Positions 14,316-26,049 of a stretch of DNA of 64,000 nucleotides are shown piece after piece. The notes beneath the pieces are model-generated. The model made no database searches. It was not told where the DNA came from and was given only the letters and a program-made list of their open reading frames with translations. The number at the start of each line of letters is the position of its first letter. Positions within the stretch are counted from its first letter, which is position 1. The translations under genes were made by a program, and so were the position numbers. The stretch is from contig OZ076409.1 in assembly GCA_964187785.1 (NCBI GenBank), positions 85,624,001 through 85,688,000 of the forward strand, written 5' to 3'. Origin of the DNA: Amphiscolops sp. MND2022 (lineage: Eukaryota).

Positions 14316-15636
14316 GTTGTATTTTTAGGTTAAGTTAAGATTAGGGAAAACTATAAAAGATCAGATGCATTTTGTATGTCTATCTCGTATCAAAACTACA
14401 CGAATAATGTATACAAAAAACATTCTATGATTTCAAGTTTGTTTGTAAACAACTTGTTAACTAGTCTATGTTTTTGTAGAGGTTATTTGGAATCAACACT
14501 GTATAACAGTCACTGCAAACGACTCAAGTTTTTAGATGTAAAGCTGGCAAACTTTGAAATGAAAAAGTAATTTAGCATTTTCTTTAAAAAGTTGCGTTAG
14601 AGTATAAATGCGATAATGAATTGTGGAGTAGGCTTTCACAAGAAATGGAATCTGTATATTATTATTTAAATTGCCAATTTGAGGATATCCGAATAGGGGG
14701 TATAAGGTTTCAAAGTTCAAAAAGCACCAAAAATGTCACGAATTCGAGACAGGAAATATGGTGTCGTGCATGAAAATTTGAAAAACAATACGTTTCGTTT
14801 CGCACGTTTAAACTAAGACAAGATTTGGGCTCTAATTCATTACCTACAGAATCAAAAGCAAATGAGTAGGACTCGAAATTGTAAACTCATTCGATCAATG
14901 TCTAGTTCAATTAACTTCGCGAACACATAATTGCTTCTCGGTGTCGATTCATGAGGAGAACTTGGTCTCATCTAGTTATAGTTATGCCCATAATGTCTCC
15001 AAAATGGAAGCTGTGACTGATATATGCACACGGCTGATAATCACCAATTTTTTCTAGAGCGCAGAACTTCTCAGAGCTTTTTTGCTCATGCCTCTCAAGC
15101 TGTATAAGTTATTTTGAAATGGAAACCTCAATTATCAACTGATCCGGCGTTATTCCCCATTTTGAAATTTCCCCAAGTTCGTTTTTCCCCATTTCTAAGT
15201 CTTGAATAGAAGCCGCATTTTGGCTTCACTTCTTTAGAAGCCGCGTCTGGTACGCGGGAAATTGGTTTCCAAACTAAAACTAGAAATTTTTAATAACTGC
15301 ATTGGGTGAAAACTATCGAGAGCTCTAGGTTATATATGCGACCTATATAAAAAATTGAGACAAAAAGTTAAATCAAGGTGTGAGCCATAATGGTCAACCT
15401 GTCAGTTCATGTTGCATTTGTGATCTCGCAATTTTGGCTTTCTTTTATATCAATGAACTTCAATTGAAAACGACGTCATTCGGGTTCATCTTCGATCAAA
15501 TGACAAAATGCTTCGAATGCATTCTTGAAGATGGTTGGTCGAATCTTGTACAAATATTTACAATTGCTATTGGACAAATACAAATATTTTCACAAAGTCA
15601 ATATACAATCGAGTCGTTCATCTTTTGGATTGTACA

Positions 15637-16233
15637 ATGAATTCGGAAGCTGGGCATAGTTGTGACTACCAGCTTAAAATCGTAGTGCTCGGAGATTTCT
15701 GTTTGTGCAGAAAAAGAACTTTTTACATGTTAACAGGTAAAAAATATGACGTCAATGATCCTCTTATCGGCCTTGCGGTTGATTTCCGAATCCGAAGACT
15801 ATGGATTGATTCAAAACTAATCAAATTACAAGTCTGGTACCCAACTGGAGGTTATCGCCCTATATTACCTAGTTATTTTCGGGGTACCGACGGTTTTGTT
15901 ATTGTTCACGACTGTTGCGATTCAAATGCAAAGTGTAATTTAGCAACATCGATGAACGAAAAGAAATCTGCACCTCGCACTGCAAAAACGATGATAGTCC
16001 GCGGTCAATGCGATGAACACAAACCGAATGGCGATGCAATAAAATGATTCAACGTCGATGAAGCAAAGAATATCCCTTCTGTGGATCTTGATTATGAGCA
16101 CCCAGAACAACTCGAGGAGCTTTTTCAGTCCATGCTTCGTCGAATTATTGACGACATCTTCCCCACAGAATTCAGCGAAAAAAGTACTTCCAGTAAAAGC
16201 TTTGAAAAAAACGGCTATTGCAGTTTTCTTTGA
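15637..16233 (+). pseudogene. Divergent Rab-family gene, copy 2; premature TGA at 16045-16047
   Basis: Near-identical to copy 1. TGA replaces TGT, there is a 3-nt in-frame deletion, and it ends ...NGYCSFL-stop with AATAAA overlapping the stop. Confidence 0.85.
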
Positions 16234-17149
16234 ATAAAACGCTGAGAACCGATGTTAAACGCTCTGAATTTTTGACACTTTTCCGCTCATCTCAGGGTTC
16301 AAAATCAAAAAGTGTTTAAGTATGAAAAAGCTGAATATTTTGTCGCTGATTTCAGTGGGTATTGAAAAACGTACAACAAAACACCTCACAAACGTACGAA
16401 AAGATCAAATACTGATATGAAAATCTTTAGCAGACCAGCGAACTGACATTTCCATAAATGCTTTAATTACTACTTTTCTCACTTCAGTTTGTTTTCGTGC
16501 GACTTGGTCTAGTGGATGAGCGAGTGGCTGTGAAGTGAGTTTGTTCGAAACCACGCATGGACTTTCTTGATTTTCGCAAAAGTAAAGGAAACTTGGGCTT
16601 TGTATTTTTGGGCCTTGCACATTTTTCGAAAAAATTTGGATGCCCCAAAAATTGACCAAAGGAAAGTGTTTTGTGAGCCTTTTCTGTTTTTCAGCTTTAT
16701 GAGACTTTTTTCCAAGAAAAAGATTCGATTTTTTTAAAAATTGGGTTTTTGATGTTTAGAGATAGGGCAGAATTGGTTTTCGAATCCTGAGGGCACTCCT
16801 CTGAGCATTTTTGGCACTGTAAGTTTGGTTTAAAAAATTCCATCTCTTGAGTAAAGAACAATAATTGTATTTTTCGTAGTTTTGAGTTGATCTGGTGAAA
16901 GAAAAAAAAATTGAGACAAAATTTTCATTACTGTTCAACGCCTCGCCACGAACAACTTTTAAATTACCCACCCCTCATAGCAGCTAGATCAGGCACTTCT
17001 ACTGACATGGCGTCAACGAATGTCTATCTACTCGTTAATTGTTTGCTGGCAGCTTTAGTTGCAATAAAATAAAATGACGAAGGTTCTTAAATTCAAGTAA
17101 GAATGCTTTCTTGTACCAAATTACTTGAGAGTATACTTTTGAAAAAATA

Positions 17150-17271
17150 CACTATTGTTCACTAAAGCGATTGACAAATGCAATCTCAAGCAAAATTAAC
17201 AACCAGTCAGTTGTTTCTTCATTCGTTTGAAACTTCATGTGACTTGTCAACAGCTTTAGTGAACAATAGTG
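17150..17271. mobile_element. 122-bp MITE (Tc1/mariner-type, TA target duplication)
   Basis: Perfect 19-bp TIR CACTATTGTTCACTAAAGC / GCTTTAGTGAACAATAGTG, TA on both sides, absent from the paralogous sites at about 668 and 11469. Confidence 0.92.
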
Positions 17272-17607
17272 TATCAAAAATCGATATCATTTCGAGAAAT
17301 ATGTTTGATAAGGAATGAATTTTTTCACCAATTTCTACCAAAGGACCAATAATGGCCGCCGACGAGAAAAGTTTTAGAAACGGAAAAATTGTTTCCACCG
17401 GTAGCTTTCGTGGTCTTTCAGTGGATGGATTTGTAGTGTCAATACGGGTTTGCTTGAATCTCGAGAATCCTCTACTAAGTTGGCAATGATGAGACTTTAT
17501 CAATCACCTGATAGACAAATAATGAATTACTGTGGCCTTGTTTGACACGTGGAATACCTAAATGTGACTGAAAATGACTGTGAATTCAATTAGGTTTTGA
17601 AACTTTC

Positions 17608-20573
17608 TGTAAGATTTTTGGAATTTTCAGCAGCTTTAACTATTTGTGGAGAATAGCTCCACTACAACTCAATTAAACCCGTAGGTACCATGCACGAGAC
17701 AAGGACTGGCTGAGTATCTACATAATATCATTTTAACTCCGAAGAAGAGACGAATCAACTTAATCGAAGGCGGTGGGGGTAAGTGTGACAAGGAAATCAC
17801 GATCTTTGCAACCTTGTTATTATACCGTCTTTCAGGGGGTTTGTCTCGCTACTCTTAGGCTGTTTTAGAGTATCTTTTCGCTAATGAAAAGAAGCAGTTT
17901 GAATGTTAATTAATACACAACAAATAAATTCAGCGATTATTAGACACAAACACAATTTCACAACCACGAATAATAGAATGAATACAGGAGTAATACTTGA
18001 AGATTATACGGATAATATTGAAAGACATATACCACAAAAAAAACGATAAGCAAGGGTTTCAGCAAGGTTACGTTTTGTATCCGTGAGGATGGAGGTGATA
18101 TCGAAGATATCGGAATAAGTAACCCGCCGCAGAATCTCTGTTGGTCTTGGAGTGAAAGCGATCAGTGAATTCGAGGGCCACTGAACCCGTATTACATGTA
18201 GAGTCGATAGGCCAACTGTCCACCTTGCTGCCGGGTCAAAATTCGTACTAAGGGATGGCGTATCGGCGATCAAACACAAACAGGCAACTTCTAGAAGGCA
18301 CGGGCGTCACGGCCAATCAAAGTAAATCGCAATCTTGATAATCCGGTGCCTGATGCGGAACGTAAAGACTCCGTAAAAACTTCCGACCGTCTTCTAGAGA
18401 TGGATTCACTATGTGTGTCGCTAAAATAGCGCACACTTCGGCCAAAATTTTTTTTTCGGCGGTTTAGTCATATCATTATTCATCATTATTCATAATTCAT
18501 CGTCTTTCCTTTTTGGGAGCCTGACTAAGTGCTGAGCAATACAGTTTTTCCTACTTCGGTACTGAAATTTCATCAGAAGTACGTTTTCTCAGCACAACTC
18601 AGTCCTGGTTCCACCTTCTTGTCAATCATGACTAGTGTTTTTACTTCGTTTTCAAAAAGATTTAAAGGGAGGTGTTACTGACTCAATTTTTCCCACTTTT
18701 GTAAGCACGACTTGAACTTCGGCTTACTGATTGACGTTTGCACTTTTTGCCAGGCCTGTTTTTCTCACACGGCCCTGACAACTCTCTTTAGCAAAATATG
18801 GCTGAAGGAAATAATTTCCAACAATTTACAATGACCTAAAAGGCTATTTTAATTCATATGTCAAGAAGTCCATTTTCGTGTTACCTCTTTGAAGGGCAAA
18901 AACTAGAAACTCCGTCTCGCGCGGCTAAAACCAAGTACATTATTTGAAAGCACTTGTTAAGGGCTACAAAAGTTTGCTTCATAGTCAACTTTCTATTTCA
19001 ATTCTTTTGTGGTGAAAAATGCACTTAAATTTGGTAGTCGAAAATCACTTTTTTATTTCTAGGCAAATCTCAAGTTTGGAGGGCTTATGCTCAATAAATT
19101 TAAAAGATACAGGCTGAGAAGTATTTTGCACTTTAGATGAGGTCTCTAGCTCGTTTCAACAAAATTTGGTGACGCTTTTTCTGAAAGGGGTCATTTTTCG
19201 AAGTTTCGTGACCTGACCTCCAACTTTAAAGGTCAATATCTCAACACCAGGTCAATTTTCGGAAAAACGCTTCTGCTAAACGCTGCGCGCCTGACTCTTG
19301 TGCGTCTACCCTGAAAGTTTCAGCTCGATATCGCCCAAAACGTGCGGGGGGGGGTTCGCATTATGGTAAGTCGATTTCAGTACTGACAACAAAAATTCTC
19401 TACTTACAATTCTCGAGGGTTTCTCGCTAGCGCGCCGCAGCACTCTATTTATTACTTCATTCACTCCTCCACTTCAATTCTCAAGTACGCTGCAAAGGGG
19501 GCGGCTATTGTGCGCTTCTACGTTGAGTACTAACTGATAACACGCGAAAAACAGCTGAATAGGCCATTTCAGGGCCTTTTTCAACGTTTGCTGAAGCAAA
19601 TCTCAAAAACTACTTAAATTTTTTTAATTTCCATTTAACACAAGTTAGGAAATTCATTTATCTTTAATTTAAGCCATATCCGAACATTTTTTGACAACTG
19701 TAGCGATCACATGGAATTTTTAAAGGAAAGTCATTTTTGAAAAGTCGTCAAAATTTTACACGCACTTATTTTCAAAGCTTCCCCCCAATATGTTATCGGG
19801 GTTGCACAAAGCTCATATTCTCAACTTAAACTTTGCTTTGGACGGGCTGTTGAACGGTGGAAACCGTTTGTCGCTATCTTTTTTCATCTTCGAGAAATCG
19901 GGTTTTGATTTTTAATTTCTATCAAGAGGGGGAATTAATGCAAAGTGTGCGGCGGCCGTTTTCTTATTAGCTACGCGTACAGCCACTCACAGCGCGTTCT
20001 AATTTTCATTCCTTTCGCTTTCTGACACGCTTTGGTGAGCTGTATTCATATGCTCATAGCACACAAAACGAAGTTTCACTCTCGCTTACCCTCCAATACA
20101 TGTATTAACATAGCAATTTGACTTCATTTCTGTTCACGGTAAATTATGACTTTTAGTGCATTTCCTGTTGAACCTCGTTCTTGCAAAGTTCCTACATGTT
20201 TACTCAACACGTAGTCAGGTCAAAAAGGGACATTTTGGTGGTTTACTTTTTCTTATATTCGCAATAGGTATCGAGAAATTCAATAATAAAGTTTCGTTCC
20301 GCTTAGAATTTTCTTACACAGGTTTAGGTGGTGGCGGCCGTCTTTTTTGCATTAATACGTTGTGCGGCCGCTTCATAGTAGCTACGAATGGTTATTTTGG
20401 TTGTCCGCTTGACTAAAGGCAATATTATTGACATTAAACAATAGTGTGAGGCACTTGAATTACTTATTGTAATCTTTACTTTTATGCGATATTACCTCCG
20501 GATTTACTACCTTGCTGATGAAATAAAATTTAATACACACCATAATCATGAGCGAAAAGTCAAAAATCCTACA
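17608..20573 (-). repeat. 3' LTR (2966 bp)
   Basis: Starts TGTAAGATTTTTG, ends CAAAAATCCTACA (terminal inverted repeat); direct repeat of 26050-29238. Confidence 0.95.
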
Positions 20574-20583
20574 TTCCCCCCAC
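20574..20583 (-). promoter_or_regulatory. Polypurine tract
   Basis: GTGGGGGGAA on the minus strand immediately before the 3' LTR. Confidence 0.8.
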
Positions 20584-22135
20584 TTGGACTACTACTCTCC
20601 TGAGTAGTTGGTTTATTCAAATTTTGTTCCTTTAGTAGGAGGATTCTAATTCGTTAATTCGTAGTCCAGTCAGGTTGTAATGTAGCCTTGTTTTATCCAC
20701 TTAATCTTTTATTTTGTAAACAAGTGCTTGAAATACAATGATAACAATAGTAGAATCACTTCACACTCTACTCACCATCCTCCTAATTCAATACAAAGTT
20801 ACTTTATTTTTAAAATACATTAAATTCATCAAAAAATTTCATTCTTTCATACAATTTTCATCTTTTTCAATCCAATTTAAGATTTTGGAAAATGAAGGGT
20901 GGTTTATTAAAAAAACAATTTCTCTCTTTTTCTTTCAGAATATATACTCTTACTGACTGGATTTCTTAGTTCTTTCCCTTAGAATTTATTATTTAATTAT
21001 TTACTTCACTTTTCTGTCCAAGCGAGGAAAACATAGTTTTTGAGCTTTTCTTTGGGGTAATTAAATATAGGGGGGATTTAAGGGATGCAGATTTAATCGG
21101 GGTACAGTTTATCATTGTGAAAAGGTTCATCTCACGTGTAGGGTTCTGTACTAGCGCTGATAGGCTTCATCCACACACAATTAATATTCGGTTCATCTCG
21201 GGACACATTGTAGTCTTGTTGGCAAGGAGAGTGTTGAACTCCATCGACGGCCATGCTGTTGATGTTGAAACACACTTGCTTTTCCAGAATTCGCAAAGTC
21301 ACTGGTTGTTCTTTCAATCGGCATATATAACATCCCAAACAATATTAACACACCCAAAATTGTGACGCATTATTGAAGAGGAATACTTTCACTTTTCTGA
21401 ATAGTAGTCGAAGAGAAGCAGACTACTTCGCTAAATTTACCTGAGGCAGGTTGCAGAGTCAGTACAACGGATAAACGTGCAATCTCCCTTCGCAAGTCAT
21501 TCCTGGCAAAAACTCTTTGTCCCCGGTACTCAAATATCTTCAGGAAGGGGAGATAGTCTCTCTTCTGGATCTTCTTCAGATAACATACCGAGACTTTGTT
21601 AGCGATATTGTTTTGACATGTCATTTCTGCGGTTTCGTAGTTACGAAAGGTTATTCGCGCGAACCTAGGCGGACAATCCTCAACGCTGGTTCCAAACGAA
21701 TTCTCACTTTTCACACCGGTTTCCGATTACTTCAACACAAATACTACAATTACATTATCTTTCGACTATACTAGCGAGTCGAATTTTACAAGCAAGCATG
21801 AGGAAAAAAAAATTTTCCGACAATACGAAACACAGATACATAGAGGTTAAGTACGGTAACAATATTTTTTTGAAAGTCATTCGAATTGATTGTAGGGGCG
21901 ATGACTACAATTTGTCAATTCTAGTGACTGAGGTAATTAGGTTTAGGCAAAAACTAAATGAAGGAGAGCCGGTAGCGACACGGAGGACACTACTTTTCGA
22001 ACTCATCACCTCATGATGGACTGTCCGAGCTTCCAGGTAATTCGATTAGTCATGCTCGCGAACGGCTAAACGAATGATGAGCTTCACTACTTCGGATGAC
22101 TGAACTCACCTGACCATCACCCGAAGACATTAATG

Positions 22136-23899
22136 TTATTTTGGCTTTACCACATACTCGTCTATGCCAAAGCGCACTGGCGGTCGACAATTCCGTGTCG
22201 TTTCTATCATCAGCGAATCTGATCGGCCGCTTTCGCTGTCTTCCTCAACAGACGGGGGCGGAATTTTTCCACTCTCGTGTATTTCTTGATAAACAGGAAA
22301 TGAAGATATCTCTGATGGTTCGGGGACATCTATATACAAGGGACAATTTATCAGAGAATCCTCTTCGTCATTTTCGGCGCTTATCACGCGGGGAACGTCG
22401 TGGAACGACACGTGCAGCCGGTTTCTATTGGCTTGGATTTCCGCCGAAGTAGGGCGGAATATTTGAAACGGATACCTTTCCGTCTCGCTATCTGATGATT
22501 CAGACTCGTCCGAAATTTTCTCATAATTTGGTTCGTTTCTTTTAGGTTTTTCGGGTGAACTAATAGAGCGTCTTGGAAGGTTTTCGCCGACATAGGTTTT
22601 CAAACGATTAAAGTGAACATTTTGCCACTTCTCCGGAAAACCTTGTTTGCAAATCCGATAATTCACTTCGCTAATTCTCTGGAGTACTTCGTACGGTGCT
22701 TGCCATGGCAAGTTGAATTTACGCGATTTGGCTCGGTGTGGTTCTAATAGCCATACGAGATCTCCTGGTTCGAATGGCGCTCCATGTGCTTTTCGTTGAT
22801 AGTATTCTTTCTGACGACGTTGTTCTTTTCCCATAGTCAGTTGCGCATGACTATGTACTTCGTACAGTTTTTCATTCAGTTCGGTTCCTAAGTCGTCGAC
22901 TTCGCTCCGAAAGTCTCCGGGCGGTTTCGGGAGAAACAGATCGATTGGGTATTGAGCTTCTCGGGCATATAACATGGAGAATGGAGTTGTACCGGTTGTC
23001 CTATGAACAGTGGTATTGTACACGAAAACACCATGAGGCAAATACTGGTCCCATTCGTATGGCTTCTCGGCGCAATATTTCGATATTGTGTCGGCAATAA
23101 CACGGTTGAATCGTTCTACCTGTCCCTTGCCTTGGGGATGTTTTGGCGAGGTCCTAGCTTTGTCGATCATGAAAATTTTACAAATATCCCGCATCACTTC
23201 ACTATTGAAATTAGTTCCCTGTTCAGTATGTAAAGTTTCAGGCGCACCAAACATTAAAAACCATTCTTCTACTATCACAGTGGCCACCGTTTCTGATGTG
23301 GAATCCTTCAAAGGTACGGCTACAACATACTTTGTATACAAATCGGAGATCACCAAGATATAATTCGTTTGAGATCTTTTCGCTGAGGTAACAGGTCCTA
23401 ATATGTCTTCTGCAACAATACGAAACGGCGCCTTTGCTTCAATTGTTTGCAAATTAGCTCTTCGACCTTTCGCGGCGGTGGTTCTAGCTGCACAGCGGGT
23501 GCATTTAGCAATATGCTTCTCGATGCTCGACCTCCAGCCAAGCCACCAAAACCGTTGTTTAATTCTCGACATCGTTTTCTCCACCGCAAAATGCCCTCCA
23601 CTGAGAGGCGAATCGTGCAATTGATACAACACTTCAGCTCGCATAGCGGAAGGAACTACTGCCTGCCAAGTTTCTTGATTTCGATTACTAGGAGTCCATT
23701 TTCGATAGAGGACACGATTTGCTAATGCTAGTTTGTCCCAATTACTCCAAAGTTCTAACGCGTCGGGGCATTTCCATTCTTGTGCAACTTCCCGCGGAAT
23801 TGGGTTGCGTCCCAAATCTTCGATGGTTCCGTCTATGGGGATACCGTGTCTCACCATAGCTCGAAAAAAAAATCCATGCCCGGGTCCATTCTTTGGCAA
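22136..23899 (-). CDS. Retrotransposon integrase (HHCC Zn finger, DDE core, GPY/F-like region, disordered tail)
   Basis: HDSPLSGGH...CTRC, DILGP, HTEQG (second catalytic D replaced by E), QVERFNR, WQAPY. Open 587 codons, likely with a 5' frameshift. Confidence 0.9.
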   Translation of the reverse strand: MPKNGPGHGFFFRAMVRHGIPIDGTIEDLGRNPIPREVAQEWKCPDALELWSNWDKLALANRVLYRKWTPSNRNQETWQAVVPSAMRAEVLYQLHDSPLSGGHFAVEKTMSRIKQRFWWLGWRSSIEKHIAKCTRCAARTTAAKGRRANLQTIEAKAPFRIVAEDILGPVTSAKRSQTNYILVISDLYTKYVVAVPLKDSTSETVATVIVEEWFLMFGAPETLHTEQGTNFNSEVMRDICKIFMIDKARTSPKHPQGKGQVERFNRVIADTISKYCAEKPYEWDQYLPHGVFVYNTTVHRTTGTTPFSMLYAREAQYPIDLFLPKPPGDFRSEVDDLGTELNEKLYEVHSHAQLTMGKEQRRQKEYYQRKAHGAPFEPGDLVWLLEPHRAKSRKFNLPWQAPYEVLQRISEVNYRICKQGFPEKWQNVHFNRLKTYVGENLPRRSISSPEKPKRNEPNYEKISDESESSDSETERYPFQIFRPTSAEIQANRNRLHVSFHDVPRVISAENDEEDSLINCPLYIDVPEPSEISSFPVYQEIHESGKIPPPSVEEDSESGRSDSLMIETTRNCRPPVRFGIDEYVVKPK

Positions 23900-24544
23900 T
23901 TGGCTAAATCGCTATCGGACCTAGTCCACGAAATGTACCCCCCACTTTCTCTGATAATAACCTCTCATCTGGAGTACCAACCGCGCAGCGCACGTGGTAT
24001 CTACTCTTAGGGAGTTTAGTGTAATGAGCCGAGGCGAAGCCGGAGGGTATTTACGATGCCGAATTGTGCCCTCTTCCTGTTCGTTCGGGGTACAGACATT
24101 CGTTCATGCGGCCCTAAAACCGCGTTCCTTTATTTCGGAGTTTTCGAGTCCAGATGTATTTGAAGTTACAACTTCATCTACCTTCGAACCGAAATTTTCG
24201 TCGTTTTCAGGGGTCACTGACATTGTGCCAGGACCGGGTACCTGGTTAAATTCCGAGGATTTCTTGGATAAAATTTTTACAGAGCCAGGCTCGGCTTGTT
24301 CATCTTCAACTTTGTACTGGGGGACTATTTACAACAAGGGGATGGGATTCTTTTGGGAAAAAACCTCCCGGACCAAACTCATCAAACATTTGATTCAAAA
24401 TTTCGGGGTCGATCCGCCTACTGCGATTGCGCTGTCGCAACCGGCTATCGTTATTCCTAGACCTAGAACGAACAGGCTGAGTTGTTTGTGGAACAGTTGT
24501 AGCAGCTGGGGAGGGGATAAACTCCCAAGCGCGAGTAGAGCCTG

Positions 24545-25937
24545 CTACTGCATACTCGGCTGGCGACAGTTTAAATGAGTTTGCTTGAATCGGTTCGGAC
24601 AGTCTTTAGCGTAGTGCCCAATCGAACCACAACTAAAACACTCCGCTTCTTCGGGCGGGGGTTGTGAAAGATTTACATGTCCCGACGGTCTAAGCCTATT
24701 CCAAGTTGCATGAGAATTAGGTGTTAAAGGAGCTTGAGAATGAGAAGGTTGCCAGTATTGGGACTGCCCATCAACCGGCTTTTGCGATTTTCCCAACGCT
24801 TCTACGATTGCAGATGACATGTCTTTCATACTCTGCATTAGGATTTCGTTTTGTCTGGTCATCATTTCGACTAGTTTCGAGGAACTTTGTTCTAAGTTTT
24901 TCGTTATTTGATCGGTTTGCTGGATATCTGCTGGCAGATGGAATTTTCGAATCGATCAAAGCGACTTGCCACATTGGTTACAGATGTTTGAAGGGCGGCA
25001 AATTTTTCTGCAATTTGGTTGTTACTCGAATAGCCAGCTCTTATTAGATCGGGATCTTCAGATTCGTTGTGCAAATAGCGCAATTTATCAAGTTTTCGTT
25101 CCCTTTTTCATTCATGAGTCTTGTGGATTATTTCGAGTTCCTGTGCTCTTTGCAAGGTTTCCCCAAAATCACGGTCACGCTCGTCTTCATACAAACTAAG
25201 TTGTATTCGCGAATCAAAAAGTCCTTCGATAAGTTGTTCTCTCATATCGCGCTCTTTTTCCGGAGCGATTTTCCAGGAAAGGCTATGTCTGCGAGCTGTC
25301 GTACTCTTCTCGAGTAGTCTCTTAGGTCTTCATTTTCCCACTGCTTAATTGCTTTATATTCCGACCGCGTAGCTCGCTGACTGCGATTTTGCTGCATTTT
25401 GGGTTTCAAAATTTGAAGGAGTTCATCAAAACGTGGGGGATAAGAACCGGGTTCTTTTTCAATATATCTTTTGGGGACAGTTTCAAATTCTTCAATAGCC
25501 CAAGATGTTAAACAAGTAGGCATTGCAGCAATTTTTTGACTGTCATTCCACCCATTGGCTTTGGCAACTGCATTGAAGTGTTTTACCCAATTTTCCCAGC
25601 GGGTTTAATCTTTACTGGGGATTTTTTTTGGTTTTATTGGCGATTTTTCATACAGGGGTTTTTGTCTTTTTCTGGATACATTTTCAAGAACCATGGAATC
25701 GTCTGAATCTAGTTCTTCTTCAAATTTGAATCTTTTCAGTTCTTTTTCCATTTCTTTCATTCGTCTTTAGGCAGTTTGTTTTCGCTCCTTCGCCGCTTCG
25801 GCCATTCCTAGGAAGGAAATTTTAGTGGAGTTACTAATGAGTGGTTTACTACCACCTGTGACGTGGGTGTGGGTGTCGTTGGGACCTTCTTCGGTGACGG
25901 GGGAGATCTGCTGCTCGTTTTAGTCATCTCCAGACAT
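24545..25937 (-). pseudogene. gag of the LTR element (stops and frameshifts)
   Basis: Capsid-like HFNAVAKANGW and EDLRDYSRRVRQLADIAF; CCHC knuckle CFSCGSIGHYAKDC. Confidence 0.85.
24569..24575 (-). promoter_or_regulatory. Putative -1 ribosomal frameshift heptamer TTTAAAC at the end of gag
   Basis: T TTA AAC is in the correct phase in the gag frame, and the -1 frame stays open to about 24106. Confidence 0.7.
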
Positions 25938-26030
25938 CGTTGACAGGGTTCAACAACTCAAAAGGGTGCAGGGAAGAAGAGGGAAAGAAGTAATGTAAAG
26001 AAAAGGGTAATAACAAAAGACGCAAAGAAT

Positions 26031-26048
26031 GCCCACCCAGGAGCGCCA
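26031..26048 (-). promoter_or_regulatory. Primer binding site, tRNA-Asn-like
   Basis: TGGCGCTCCTGGGTGGGC 1 nt from the 5' LTR end; resembles the complement of animal tRNA-Asn 3' ends. Confidence 0.8.
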
Positions 26049-26049
26049 A

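Noticed and set aside
26031..26048. tRNA gene
   Set aside because: Only an 18-nt match to a tRNA 3' end including CCA, so it is a PBS.
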